Origin: an uncultured Candidatus Rokubacteria bacterium
Lineage (GTDB): Bacteria; Methylomirabilota; Methylomirabilia; Rokubacteriales; CSP1-6
Assembly: GCA_963747235.1 (NCBI GenBank)
Contig: CAVVEU010000002.1
Coordinates: forward strand, 1-64,000
DNA length: 64,000 nucleotides
Reading direction: 5' to 3'
This document shows positions 42,232 to 51,699 of this stretch, in pieces. The translations under genes were made by a program, and so were the position numbers. The notes beneath the pieces are model-generated. The model had not been told where the DNA came from. It saw only the letters and a program-made list of their open reading frames with translations, and did no database searches. Position 1 is the stretch's first letter. Each line of letters starts with the position of its first letter.

Positions 42232-43254
42232 TTACTCGTCGGAGGTGCGATAGAAACGGTAGCGGTCCATCGGGCGGACCGTGATGGCCTCCGTCGCGCC
42301 GGCCCGGCGCACGGTCACCCGCACGTCCTGATCCATCGGCGCCTGCCAGAGCTCGCGGTAGAACTCCTCGCGGCTCACCACCTGCCGCCCGTTGAGCTGG
42401 ACGATCACGTCGCCCGCCCGCAGGCCGGCCGCGCGCGCGGGGCTGAGCGGCGACATGCCGGCCACCACGACGCCGCCGTCCACCGACTCCGTGTAGAGCC
42501 CGAGCCAGGGTCGCGGCGCGCGGCTGGTGACGCGGCCCTGCGCCAGCAGCTCGTCCTTGCCGGCCAGGAACTTGTCAATCGGGATGGCCAGGTTGACGTG
42601 GGGCGCCTCTCCCAGGCGCAGCGAGGTCACGCCGATCACGCGGCCCGCCGCGTTGACGAGCGCGGCGCCGCCGAAGGCGGCATTGTACGGGGTCACGATG
42701 AAGGCGCGATCCAGCATGTACTCCCAGGCGGCCGCGAAGGGCCGCACCGCCTGGACCCGGCTCGGCGTCGCCACCAGGTCGCCGTCGTCCGACACGCCCA
42801 CCGTCCCGGTGGTGTCCCCGGCCGCCACCATCGTCGAATCGCCCAGCTCCGCGGCCGGCCACGGGCCGCGCCCCTCGAGCCGGGCCACGCCGACCCCGAC
42901 CTCGAGATCGAGCCCGACGAGCCGCGCGGGCACCTTGCGGCCGTCGCGCAGCGAGACCTCGATGCGCGAGGCGTCGAGCAGGACATAGCTCACGGTCAGC
43001 AGGTAGCCCTGGTCGGCGTCGAAGATGACGCCGCTGCCCCAGCGCTCGACGCCGAGCGTGGCCGCCGACGGCCGGTCGCGCGGCACTTCCACGCGGATCC
43101 CCACCACCGCCGGCTCGACGCGGCGGATCTGGGAGGCCAGCGGGGAGATCTGGCGGGGATCGAGGCGGCGCTCGGCGTCGCGGGGCGCGGCCGCCGCGGG
43201 GACGGCCAGGGCGAGCAGGGCGACGGCGGCCCAGCGGATCGACGCGCGCGACAT
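42232..43254 (-). CDS. S1C/HtrA-like protein with PDZ domain, degenerate catalytic triad
   Basis: GSGVIF, RPWLG, SPARAAGLRAGDVI; TVSYV replaces TNxHV and AFGG replaces GNSGG. Confidence 0.8.
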   Translation of the reverse strand: MSRASIRWAAVALLALAVPAAAAPRDAERRLDPRQISPLASQIRRVEPAVVGIRVEVPRDRPSAATLGVERWGSGVIFDADQGYLLTVSYVLLDASRIEVSLRDGRKVPARLVGLDLEVGVGVARLEGRGPWPAAELGDSTMVAAGDTTGTVGVSDDGDLVATPSRVQAVRPFAAAWEYMLDRAFIVTPYNAAFGGAALVNAAGRVIGVTSLRLGEAPHVNLAIPIDKFLAGKDELLAQGRVTSRAPRPWLGLYTESVDGGVVVAGMSPLSPARAAGLRAGDVIVQLNGRQVVSREEFYRELWQAPMDQDVRVTVRRAGATEAITVRPMDRYRFYRTSDE

Positions 43255-43259
43255 GGCGG

Positions 43260-44259
43260 TTACCTCGCGGTGTACTGCGTCTGGTAGTACTGCCGGAACG
43301 CGCCCGACTTGATGGGCTTCCACCACGCGTCGTGCGTGCGATACCACTCCACCGTCGCGGCCAGCGCGTCCTCGAAGCTCGCGGCGGGCGCCCAGCCGAG
43401 CGCGTGGACCTTGCTCGAGTCGAGCGCGTAGCGGCGATCGTGCCCGGGCCGGTCCGCCACCGGCGTGATCAGGCTCTCCGGCTTGCCGAGCAGGCTCAGG
43501 ATCCGGCGCGTGAGCGTCACGTTCTGCACTTCCGCGGCGCCGCCGATGTTGTAGATCTCGCCGTCCACGCCCTTGCGGAGGACGAGGTCGATCGCCGCGC
43601 AGTTGTCCAGCACGTAGAGCCAGTCGCGCACGTTGCGGCCGTCGCCGTAGAGCGGCAGCGGCCGGTCCTCGATCGCGTTGGTGACGAAGAGCGGGATGAC
43701 CTTCTCCGGGTACTGGTAGGGCCCGAAGTTGTTGCTGCTCCGGGTGACGAGCGCGGGCAGCCGGTGGGTGGTCCAGTAGGCGCGGACCAGCAGATCGGCG
43801 GCCGCCTTCGAGGCCGAGTAGGGATTCGACGGGTTCAGCACGTCGCCCTCGCGGGCCGCGCCCTCCGCGATGCTCCCGTAGACCTCGTCCGTGCTCACCG
43901 CGAGGAAGCGGCCGATCGTGAGCTCACGCGCGGCCTCCAGCAGCGTGAAGGTGCCGTTCACGTTGGTGCGGAGGAAGTCGTCGGCGCCCAGGTTCGAGCG
44001 GTCCACGTGGGTCTCGGCCGCGAAGTGCACGACCGCGTCCATCCCGGCCATCGCCTCGCGGACCACCGCCCCGTCGCAGATGTCGCCCTTCACGAAGCGG
44101 TAGCGGGGATTCGCTTCGACGTCGCGGAGGTTCTCGAGGTTGCCCGCGTAGGTGAGCTTGTCGAGATTGACGACCGAGTCGGCGGGATGGCTCGCGAGGA
44201 CGTGGCGGACGAAGTTGGAGCCGATGAAGCCGGCGCCCGCCGGTGACGAGGATCTTCAT
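43260..44259 (-). CDS. rfbB: dTDP-glucose 4,6-dehydratase (frameshift near 44235)
   Basis: HFAAETHVDRS, STDEVYG, YSASK, NNFGPYQYPEK, DRPGHDRRY. Confidence 0.93.
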
Positions 44260-44276
44260 CTTATCTCTCGCGGGGG

Positions 44277-44831
44277 TCAGCCGCGGGTGACGTCCCAGAT
44301 GTCGGCCCCGGCGAAGTCCCAGGGCAGCCGCCCCTCCTCGGTCTGATCGGGATCCGTGGAGAACTGGACGTCTACCAGATAGATGATGCGGCCGCGTGAG
44401 GCCGCGAGGTTCTTCACCCCGTGCGCGACCCCGGGCGGGATGCGCAGCAGCCGCGTCTGGCCGTCACCCAGCACGATCCGCCGCTGCGCCCCGTGGCTCT
44501 TCGAGTGGGCCCGCACGTCGAGCAGGACCACCAGCATCTTGTCGCCGGGGGGCACGAACCACACGTCGGTCTGGCGGCGATGCAGGTGGAACGCCTTGAT
44601 CACGCCCGGGTCCATCTCGCTGTAGTTCACCTGGCGGCACTCGAAGCCGGGCAGCGCCGCCGGGACGCCCTGCTGCAGCCGCGCCAGCTCCATGAAGGAG
44701 CCGCCGTCGTCGGTGAACCGCTTGAGGTCCACCACCTGCACGCCGTCGATCTCGGGCGCGGGCCCGTAGTGCTGCAGCGCGAAGGCGCGCTTGGCCGCGT
44801 CGCTCAGCTCGATCGGGTCGCGGGAGGCCAT
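44277..44831 (-). CDS. rfbC: dTDP-4-dehydrorhamnose 3,5-epimerase family protein
   Basis: DDGGSFME, KAFHLH, IPPGVAHG cupin motifs; operon context. Confidence 0.8.
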   Translation of the reverse strand: MASRDPIELSDAAKRAFALQHYGPAPEIDGVQVVDLKRFTDDGGSFMELARLQQGVPAALPGFECRQVNYSEMDPGVIKAFHLHRRQTDVWFVPPGDKMLVVLLDVRAHSKSHGAQRRIVLGDGQTRLLRIPPGVAHGVKNLAASRGRIIYLVDVQFSTDPDQTEEGRLPWDFAGADIWDVTRG

Positions 44832-45892
44832 CAGATCAGGCCGACCTCGCTGCGATCGCCCAGCATGAAGTTGAAGGAGCGCGGCTTGGACGCGGTCCGG
44901 TAGATGGACACGTTGCGCCCGATGAGGCTCGACTCGATGCGGCCCCCCACGTCGGTCACGCTCGCGCCTTCCAGCAGGATCGAGTGCTCGACCTCGCTGG
45001 CCCGCAGCACCACGCGATCGCCGATCGACGTGAACGGCCCCACGTAGGCGCTCTCGATGACCGCGTCGCGGCCGATGATCGCCGGGCCCCGGACGGTGCT
45101 CTTGATGACGCGCGCGCCCGCCTCGATCACCACGCGGCCGACGATCTCGCTGTCCACCACGGTGCCGTCGGTGCGCGGCAGCAGGGTGTCGAGGATGATC
45201 CGGTTGGCCTCGAGCATGTCCTCGAGCTTGCCGGTGTCCTTCCACCAGCCCTCGATGACGTGCGGCCGCACCACGTAGCCCTGGTCGATCAGCCACTGGA
45301 TCGCGTCGGTGATCTCGAGCTCGCCGCGCGCCGAGGGCTTGATGGCCTTGACCGCCTTGAAGACCGTCGCGTCGAACATGTAGACGCCGACGAGCCCCAG
45401 GTTGGACGGCGGCTCCTTCGGCTTCTCCACCAGGCGCACCACCTGCCCGTCCTTGAGCACCGCGACGCCGAACTGGGTCGGGTCGGGCACGGCGGCGAGC
45501 AGGATCTGGCAATTCGGCTTCTCGTCGCGGAAGCGCGTCACCAGGGGCTCGAGCCGCTCGCGGATCAGGTTGTCGCCCAGGTACATGCAGAACGGCTCGG
45601 TGCCGAGGAACGGCTCCGAGACGAGCACGGCGTGGGCGAGACCGAGCGGCGCCTCTTGCTCGATATAGGTGACGGACACGCCGAACCGGCTGCCGTCGCC
45701 GACCGCGTCGCGGATCTCCTGCTTGGTGTCGCCGACCACGATGCCGATCTCGCTGATCCCCGACGCGGCCAGCGCCTCGATCCCGTAGAAGAGGATGGGC
45801 TTGTTGGCCACGGGGACGAGCTGCTTCGCCGAGGTGAAGGTGATCGGACGGAGCCGCGTGCCGCGGCCGCCGGAGAGGATTAAGCCTTTCAT
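44831..45892 (-). CDS. rfbA: Glucose-1-phosphate thymidylyltransferase (long form)
   Basis: GGRGTRLRPIT..KQLVPVANKP, LVEKP, SARGELEITD, WWKDTG. Confidence 0.93.
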   Translation of the reverse strand: MKGLILSGGRGTRLRPITFTSAKQLVPVANKPILFYGIEALAASGISEIGIVVGDTKQEIRDAVGDGSRFGVSVTYIEQEAPLGLAHAVLVSEPFLGTEPFCMYLGDNLIRERLEPLVTRFRDEKPNCQILLAAVPDPTQFGVAVLKDGQVVRLVEKPKEPPSNLGLVGVYMFDATVFKAVKAIKPSARGELEITDAIQWLIDQGYVVRPHVIEGWWKDTGKLEDMLEANRIILDTLLPRTDGTVVDSEIVGRVVIEAGARVIKSTVRGPAIIGRDAVIESAYVGPFTSIGDRVVLRASEVEHSILLEGASVTDVGGRIESSLIGRNVSIYRTASKPRSFNFMLGDRSEVGLI

Positions 45893-46021
45893 TTAGCGGC
45901 CAATTATAGCAGTCTTAGCCTGCCTCAAACAGCGAACCCTCCCGGGCTTGCCAGATCCGACCGGATTGGGTGGTATTATGAACCCACTGAAATTGCAGCA
46001 ACTTTCTTCCAGGAGCGGGCG

Positions 46022-47257
46022 ATGAAGACGTTGAAGGAGATGCTGGCGGACGCCCGGCAGGTGGTGCCCGAACAGGGGCCGGCCGAGGTGAAGAAGCGGA
46101 TCGACGCGGGAGAGCCGCTCGTCCTGATCGACGTGCGCGATCCCGACGAGTACCGCGACGGCTTCATCGAGCCCGCGACCAATATCAGCCGCGGCTTCCT
46201 CGAGTTCCGCATCGGCGGCGCGGCGGCGGATCCGACGACGCCCATCGTGCTGTACTGCCAGAGCGGCCTCCGCTCCATGCTCGCCGCCAAGGCCCTCCGG
46301 GATCTCGGCTACGAGAACGTGACCAACCTGCAGGGCGGCTTCCAGAAGTGGGCGCAGTCCGGCCTGCCGGTGGTCAAGGACCGCCCGATGAACGCCGACC
46401 AGATCCAGCGCTACAGCCGGCACTTCCTGCTGCCCCAGGTGGGCGAGAAGGGCCAGCGCAAGCTGCTGCGCTCGAAGGTGCTGCTGATCGGCGCGGGCGG
46501 GCTCGGCTCGCCGACCGCGCTGTACCTGGCCGCGGCGGGCGTCGGCACGATGGGCCTGATGGACGGCGACGTGGTGGACGTGTCGAACCTGCAGCGGCAG
46601 ATCCTCCACACCACCGCGAACGTGGGGCGGCCCAAGGTCGAGTCGGGCACCGAGATGATCCGGGCGCTGAACCCGGACGTCAACGTCATCCCGCTGCCGA
46701 CGCGCATCACCGTCGACAACGTGATGGACATCATCAAGGACTACGACCTGGTCATCGACGGGTCGGACAATTTTGATACGCGCTACTTGATGAACGACGC
46801 GTGCTATCTCGCGGGCAAGACCAACGTGCACGGCTCGATCTTCCAGTTCGAGGGCATGGCCACCGTGCTCGCCCCGAACCAGGGCCCGTGCTACCGCTGC
46901 CTCTACCCGACGCCGCCGCCCCCGGGGCTCGTCCCCAGCTGAAGCGAGGCCGGCGTCCTGGGCGTGCTCCCAGGAATCATCGGAGTGATCCAGGCCACCG
47001 AGGCCATCAAGGTGCTGCTCGGCATCGGCGAGCCCCTGATCGGCCGGCTCCTCACCTACGACGCGCTCGGCATGCGCTTCCGCGAGGTCAAGCTCCGCCG
47101 CGACCCCAAGTGCCCCCTCTGCGGCGAGCACCCGACCATCACGGACCTGTCGATCCACCGCAGCGGCGACGCGGCGGCCTGCGAGGTGAGCGACAACGGC
47201 CACGCGGCGCCGGCTTCCGCGCCTGCGGGCACGCCGGGCGCGAAGGCGGGCGGCTAG
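46022..47257 (+). CDS. moeB: Rhodanese-MoeB/ThiF (E1-like) fusion; probable selenoprotein with TGA 46940-46942 read as Sec307, 411 aa
   Basis: Rhodanese loop YCQSGLRS; RYSRH, GAGGLGS, SNLQRQ, CYRC, CPLC; PPPGLVPS-TGA-SEAGVLGVLPG continues in frame where homologues read PSC. Confidence 0.88.
46956..46975 (+). promoter_or_regulatory. Putative bacterial SECIS hairpin
   Basis: TCCTGGG-CGTGCT-CCCAGGA; loop starts 20 nt after the TGA and contains GU. Confidence 0.7.
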
Positions 47258-47327
47258 CTCGCTCGCGTCGCGGAACTCGCGCCGGTTGCTAGTCGCCGGC
47301 GCGGCGATGTCGGGTGGTGAAATGAGT

Positions 47328-47404
47328 TGGCGCGCCTGGAGGGATTCGAACCCCCGACCCTCGGCTTAGAAGGCCGATGCTCTATCCAACTGAGCTACAG
47401 GCGC
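47328..47404 (-). tRNA. tRNA-Arg(UCU)
   Basis: Full cloverleaf, anticodon loop CTTCTAA, GTTCGAATC, encoded CCA. Confidence 0.96.
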
Positions 47405-47771
47405 ACGCCGGTAGCTACGATACACCAGCTCGCTCCGCCCGGACGCTACGACGGCGAGCCGCGCGATGCGGGTGATCGAAGCGATCGTGACCAATGCGCC
47501 CCGCCGCGATGGAGATCAAGCACAACGCTATGCCTTCGATCATGGCCGCCCTCCTTGCGGGCGTGATTCGCACGGGGCATGCCGGGCCCGAACCGCTGAT
47601 AAACATTGCCCAGTGCTCTCCAGTGAGGACTCGGGGTGCCGGGCAAGCCCTGCCGACACGGACTATTGCTCCCTCGGTAACCCGCGGGGGCATAGGTGCC
47701 AAACGCCCGTAGGAAGACTGCCCCTGAGCGGCACGGCGTGAGGTGGATTGACACCGCGGAGTAGGCGAAGG

Positions 47772-47813
47772 TCGCCTTCGAAAGCCGATGCTCTATCCAG
47801 GAGCTACAGGCGT
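47772..47813 (-). pseudogene. Degenerate 5' half of a tRNA-Arg (UCG anticodon)
   Basis: ACGCCTGTAGCTCCTGGATAGAGCATCGGCTTTCGAAGGCGA aligns to the 5' 44 nt of the neighbouring tRNA; no T arm. Confidence 0.75.
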
Positions 47814-47918
47814 GGCAGGGACTTGTGCTGCACGGGCTCAATTGAGCGGCGCATATGCCATGCAAGTCCTGCGAGGATCGGCGCCCGGCCAAGCGTCTGG
47901 CATCCGGCTTGCCGTCAC

Positions 47919-48236
47919 ATGGACTCCATGTCGGTTCAGGTCGGCCGGTGGGGAGTGGGCATCGCGGCCGCGATCGGCGGCGGCGCGGCGTGGCTTCTCG
48001 AGTGGCCGCCCGCGGCGAGCGCGGCCTTCGGCGCGCTGCTGGTGCCACTTGTGGCCGTGGTCGCGGGCGCCATATTCTCGCAGCGCCAAGCGTCTCCCGT
48101 CGTGCAAGCGCCGCCGCGCGGTCTCTGCGAATGCGGCCATGTCATGAGCATGCACTGCGCGAGTGACGGCTCCGGCCCCTGCGCGGCCGCGGATTGCCAC
48201 TGCGCCGGACGTGACCGCGTCGCCTCCACGCAGTAA
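47919..48236 (+). CDS. Small two-TM protein with C-terminal Cys/His zinc-finger-like motif
   Basis: Two hydrophobic stretches then CECGHVMSMHC..GPCAAADCHC. Confidence 0.55.
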   Translation: MDSMSVQVGRWGVGIAAAIGGGAAWLLEWPPAASAAFGALLVPLVAVVAGAIFSQRQASPVVQAPPRGLCECGHVMSMHCASDGSGPCAAADCHCAGRDRVASTQ

Positions 48237-48372
48237 GCACAAGATGTGGGTTGACACGCGGGTGCACCCACGATAGGCTGCGGTCATCATTCACACCGGC
48301 TCGGACACAACTACGGCATCAAGCAGTGGTATCACGCACGATCGTATCCTGTCCGCTCCCGCGCCTTCCGCG

Positions 48373-48582
48373 ATGGGCATCACGGCGGAGGCTTTGCTCC
48401 TCGAGCTGCGGAGCTCCCGCACCGATCTCGCGCGTCTGGTCGAGGCGGTTTCGCGGGATCAGTTCACGAAGCTCGTGGTGCCGCAGCAGAGCGTGGACGC
48501 CTGGGAGCGGCGGGAGCCCGAGACCTGGCGGAAGGTCAGCGCCTGGCTGGCCGAGCGGGGAGTCCCGATCCACCGGGTCTAA
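48373..48582 (+). CDS. Small hypothetical protein (69 aa)
   Basis: GC3-biased codons, globular amphipathic composition. Confidence 0.6.
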   Translation: MGITAEALLLELRSSRTDLARLVEAVSRDQFTKLVVPQQSVDAWERREPETWRKVSAWLAERGVPIHRV

Positions 48583-48645
48583 CGGGGCGACGCCCTGCGA
48601 CCGGATCCGCACGCGCGTGGTCCGAGGGCCAGACGGTCGACTGAA

Positions 48646-48722
48646 TGGTCGGGGTGAGAGGATTTGAACCTCCGACTCCCTGCTCCCAAAGCAGGTGCGC
48701 TACCGGGCTGCGCCACACCCCG
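48646..48722 (-). tRNA. tRNA-Pro(UGG)
   Basis: Cloverleaf, anticodon loop TTTGGGA, GTTCAAATC, CCA end. Confidence 0.96.
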
Positions 48723-48745
48723 ATTCCGACCGCGTGAGCAGTATA

Positions 48746-49367
48746 TCAACCCGCCCAGCGCTGCAGTAGCTCGCGCGCCAGGCGCATCGCGCGGCCGCGA
48801 TGGCTGACCGCGTGCTTGGCCGCCGCCGAGATCTCCGCGAAGGTGGCGTCGAGCGGCGGGTAGTAGAAGAGCGGGTCGTAGCCGAAGCCGCCGGCGCCCC
48901 GCGGCGCTTCCAGCAACACCCCCTCGACCGTCCCCTCCATGGTGACCTCGCGGCCATCGGGCGCGGTCACCGCGATCACCGCGCGGTAGCGGGCGGTGCG
49001 CCGGGCGGCGGGAACGCCCTCGAGCTCCCGCAGCATGAGGGCGTTGCGCTCGGGATCGGTCAGCCCCTCGCCACCGTAGCGGGCGGAGAGCACGCCCGGG
49101 CCGCCCGTCGAAGGCGTCCACCTCGATGCCCGAGTCGTCGGCCAGCGCCAGCAGCCCCGTGGCGGCGGTGACGGCGCGCGCCTTGCCCAGCGCGTTCTCG
49201 GCATAGGAGGTCTCGCCCTCGGGCGGCAGGACGACGCCGGGGAACTCGGCGAGGTCCTGGATGCGATAGGGCAGGTCGGCCAGGAGGGCGGCCATCTCCC
49301 GGCCCTTGGCCCGGTTGGCCGTGGCCAGGACCAGCCGCCGGTCAGAGGGTGAAGGTCTTGTCGTCAC
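48746..49367 (-). CDS. rdgB: Non-canonical purine NTP pyrophosphatase (frameshift near 49095)
   Basis: [29 protein letters not shown]; directly downstream of rph. Confidence 0.92.
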
Positions 49368-50088
49368 GCGCCGCGAGGGCGCGGCGCTGCAGGCCGACCA
49401 GCCGGGCGATGCCGTCGCCGGCCAGGACCAGCAGCTCGTCGAGGCGCGCCTTCGAGAACGGCGTCTGCTCGGCCGTGCCCTGCACCTCCACGAAGGCCCC
49501 CGCGCCGGTCATCACCACGTTCATGTCCACCTCGGCGGTGGAATCCTCGACGTAGTTGAGATCGAGCACGGGCCGGTTGCCCACCATGCCCACGCTGATC
49601 GCGGCCACGCAGTCCCGGATCGGCGAGCCCGCCAGCGTCCCCGCCTTCACGAGGCTGCCGATGGCATCGCCCAGGGCCACGAAGGCGCCGGTGATCGCGG
49701 CGGTGCGGGTGCCGCCGTCGGCCTGGATGACGTCGCAGTCGAGCCACACCGTGCGCTCGCCGAGCTTGGCCATCTCGACGACCGAGCGCAGCGAGCGGCC
49801 GACCAGCCGCTGGATCTCCTGGGAGCGCCCGCTCGGGCCGCTCCGCTCGCGCGACATGCGCGTGTTGGTCGAGCGCGGCAGCATGCCGTACTCCGCGGTG
49901 ACCCAGCCCTTCCCCTGCCCCTTGAGGAAGGCCGGCACCTTCTCCTCCAGCGAGGCGGTGCAGAGCACCTTGGTGTCGCCGAACTCGACGAGGACCGAGC
50001 CCTCGGGGTGGCGCAGGTAGTCCCGCGTGATCGTGACCGGCCGGAGCTGATCCGGTCGCCGGCCGTCGTGGCGCAGATGGGTGGTCAT
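49342..50088 (-). CDS. rph: Ribonuclease PH
   Basis: [41 protein letters not shown]. Confidence 0.96.
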   Translation of the reverse strand: MTTHLRHDGRRPDQLRPVTITRDYLRHPEGSVLVEFGDTKVLCTASLEEKVPAFLKGQGKGWVTAEYGMLPRSTNTRMSRERSGPSGRSQEIQRLVGRSLRSVVEMAKLGERTVWLDCDVIQADGGTRTAAITGAFVALGDAIGSLVKAGTLAGSPIRDCVAAISVGMVGNRPVLDLNYVEDSTAEVDMNVVMTGAGAFVEVQGTAEQTPFSKARLDELLVLAGDGIARLVGLQRRALAARDDKTFTL

Positions 50089-51614
50089 CGGGTCGGCCCG
50101 CCCTTGGCCGGCTGGCTCTGCGCGGTGCGCAGGCGCTGATCGTAACGGCGCTTGTACTCGGCGAGCCCGGAGTAGATCGCGCGCGCGATCGCCTCCCGGT
50201 GCTCCGGCGTGGCCAGCTTCCGCTCCTCTTTGCGATTCGTGAGAAAGCCGATCTCGATGAGGATGGCCGGCATGGCCGCGCCGCCCAGCACGTAGAACCC
50301 GGCCTGCTTGACGCCGCGATTGACCAGGTTCAGCGACTTGCTCATCGAGTCCAGCACCGTCTCGGCCATGTAGCTCGATTCCTCCTGGAACTCGGACTGG
50401 GCCAGGTCCCAGAGGATGCTCTTGAGCACGTCGCCCCGCTGGCGCGAGCCCGGGCTCTCGAGCTGGACCACGCCGTTCTCGATGGCCGCCACCTGCCGCG
50501 CGCCGCTGTCGGACGCCTCGGAGGAGAGAAAGTAGGTCTCGACGCCCTCCGACACCGACTGCGGATGGGCATTGGCGTGGATGGACACGAAGAGGTCGGC
50601 GCGCTGCTTGTTGGCGAAGTTGGTGCGATCGCGCAGCGGGACGAACACGTCGCTGTCGCGGCTCAGCACGACCTTCACCCCGAGGCCGGCCTCGACCTTC
50701 TTGGCCACCCGGCGCGTCACGTCCAGCACCACTTCCTTCTCCTGGACTCCGGTCGGGCCGACCGCGCCCGAGTCGTGGCCGCCGTGGCCGGCGTCCATCA
50801 CGATCAGCCGGAGCGGCTGCATCGTGCCGCGCCCCGGCTCGCCCGCGCCGCCGCTCTCCTTCGGCCGGTGGATGTCGAGCACGAGGCGGTACGGATCCTG
50901 GAGCACGGTGTGCTTCACCTCGCCCGCGGTGCCCTGGAGCACCACGCGCAGCACCGCGGTGTCGCCCACCGGCTCGAGGCGGACCTCCTGCACGAGGCCG
51001 TCGTTGATCTCCTCGACGCGGGCGCGGGCGAGCGCCAGGCCGGGCAGCCGCACCCGCACCTCCTCGTCGCCGGTGACCACCGCGTAGGCCAGCCGCGCGC
51101 CGGTCTCGATGACGATGCGCGTGAACGAGGGATAGGAGCGGTAGCGCAGCTCCTCGAGCGGCACCGCGGCCTGCACCGTCCTGGCCGCGGGCTTCCGCGC
51201 CTCGGTCGGCAAGGCGAGCGAGACGCCCGGCGCCAGCCGTGGCAGGCCCTTGCCCAGGAAATCACGCGACACGAGCCACTCCCGCCCGCTCACCCGCGGG
51301 GGCAGGTCGAGCGCGACGGCCTGGCCGTGCACGGTGGCGCGCGTCTGGCCGCGCGTGAACTCGGCCACGCGGGTGCCGACGGTCAGGGTGCCGCGGTCTC
51401 CCTTCACCGCCCAGGCGCCCTTGAGGAGCGCGGCCAGGTGGTCGGGGGCGATGTAGGCGCTGCCGTCGTCCATGACCGTGATGGTCAGGAGCCCACGGCT
51501 GGCGCCCCGGTCGCGTACCTCCAGAGACTCCGGGCGCGCGGCCTGGGCCGAGCCGACGAGGCAGCCCATCAGCGCCAGGACCAGCCAGACGGGCATCGAG
51601 AGTCGTCGCATCAT
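50085..51614 (-). CDS. N-acetylmuramoyl-L-alanine amidase with AMIN domain
   Basis: [33 protein letters not shown]; YRLVLDI AMIN motif. Confidence 0.92.
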   Translation of the reverse strand: MMRRLSMPVWLVLALMGCLVGSAQAARPESLEVRDRGASRGLLTITVMDDGSAYIAPDHLAALLKGAWAVKGDRGTLTVGTRVAEFTRGQTRATVHGQAVALDLPPRVSGREWLVSRDFLGKGLPRLAPGVSLALPTEARKPAARTVQAAVPLEELRYRSYPSFTRIVIETGARLAYAVVTGDEEVRVRLPGLALARARVEEINDGLVQEVRLEPVGDTAVLRVVLQGTAGEVKHTVLQDPYRLVLDIHRPKESGGAGEPGRGTMQPLRLIVMDAGHGGHDSGAVGPTGVQEKEVVLDVTRRVAKKVEAGLGVKVVLSRDSDVFVPLRDRTNFANKQRADLFVSIHANAHPQSVSEGVETYFLSSEASDSGARQVAAIENGVVQLESPGSRQRGDVLKSILWDLAQSEFQEESSYMAETVLDSMSKSLNLVNRGVKQAGFYVLGGAAMPAILIEIGFLTNRKEERKLATPEHREAIARAIYSGLAEYKRRYDQRLRTAQSQPAKGGPTR

Positions 51615-51699
51615 GATCGAAGGGGGCGCAGCGAAGCCATTCTAGCAACGGAGCGAGGGGGCGGCGAAGGATCAATTTGTGGTAGGCTTCGCCTCCGAC

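Noticed and set aside
46940-46942. moeB as a nonsense-mutated pseudogene or two separate genes
   Set aside because: The stop falls exactly on the conserved Cys position, the frame is intact on both sides and a SECIS-like hairpin follows, so recoding is the simpler explanation
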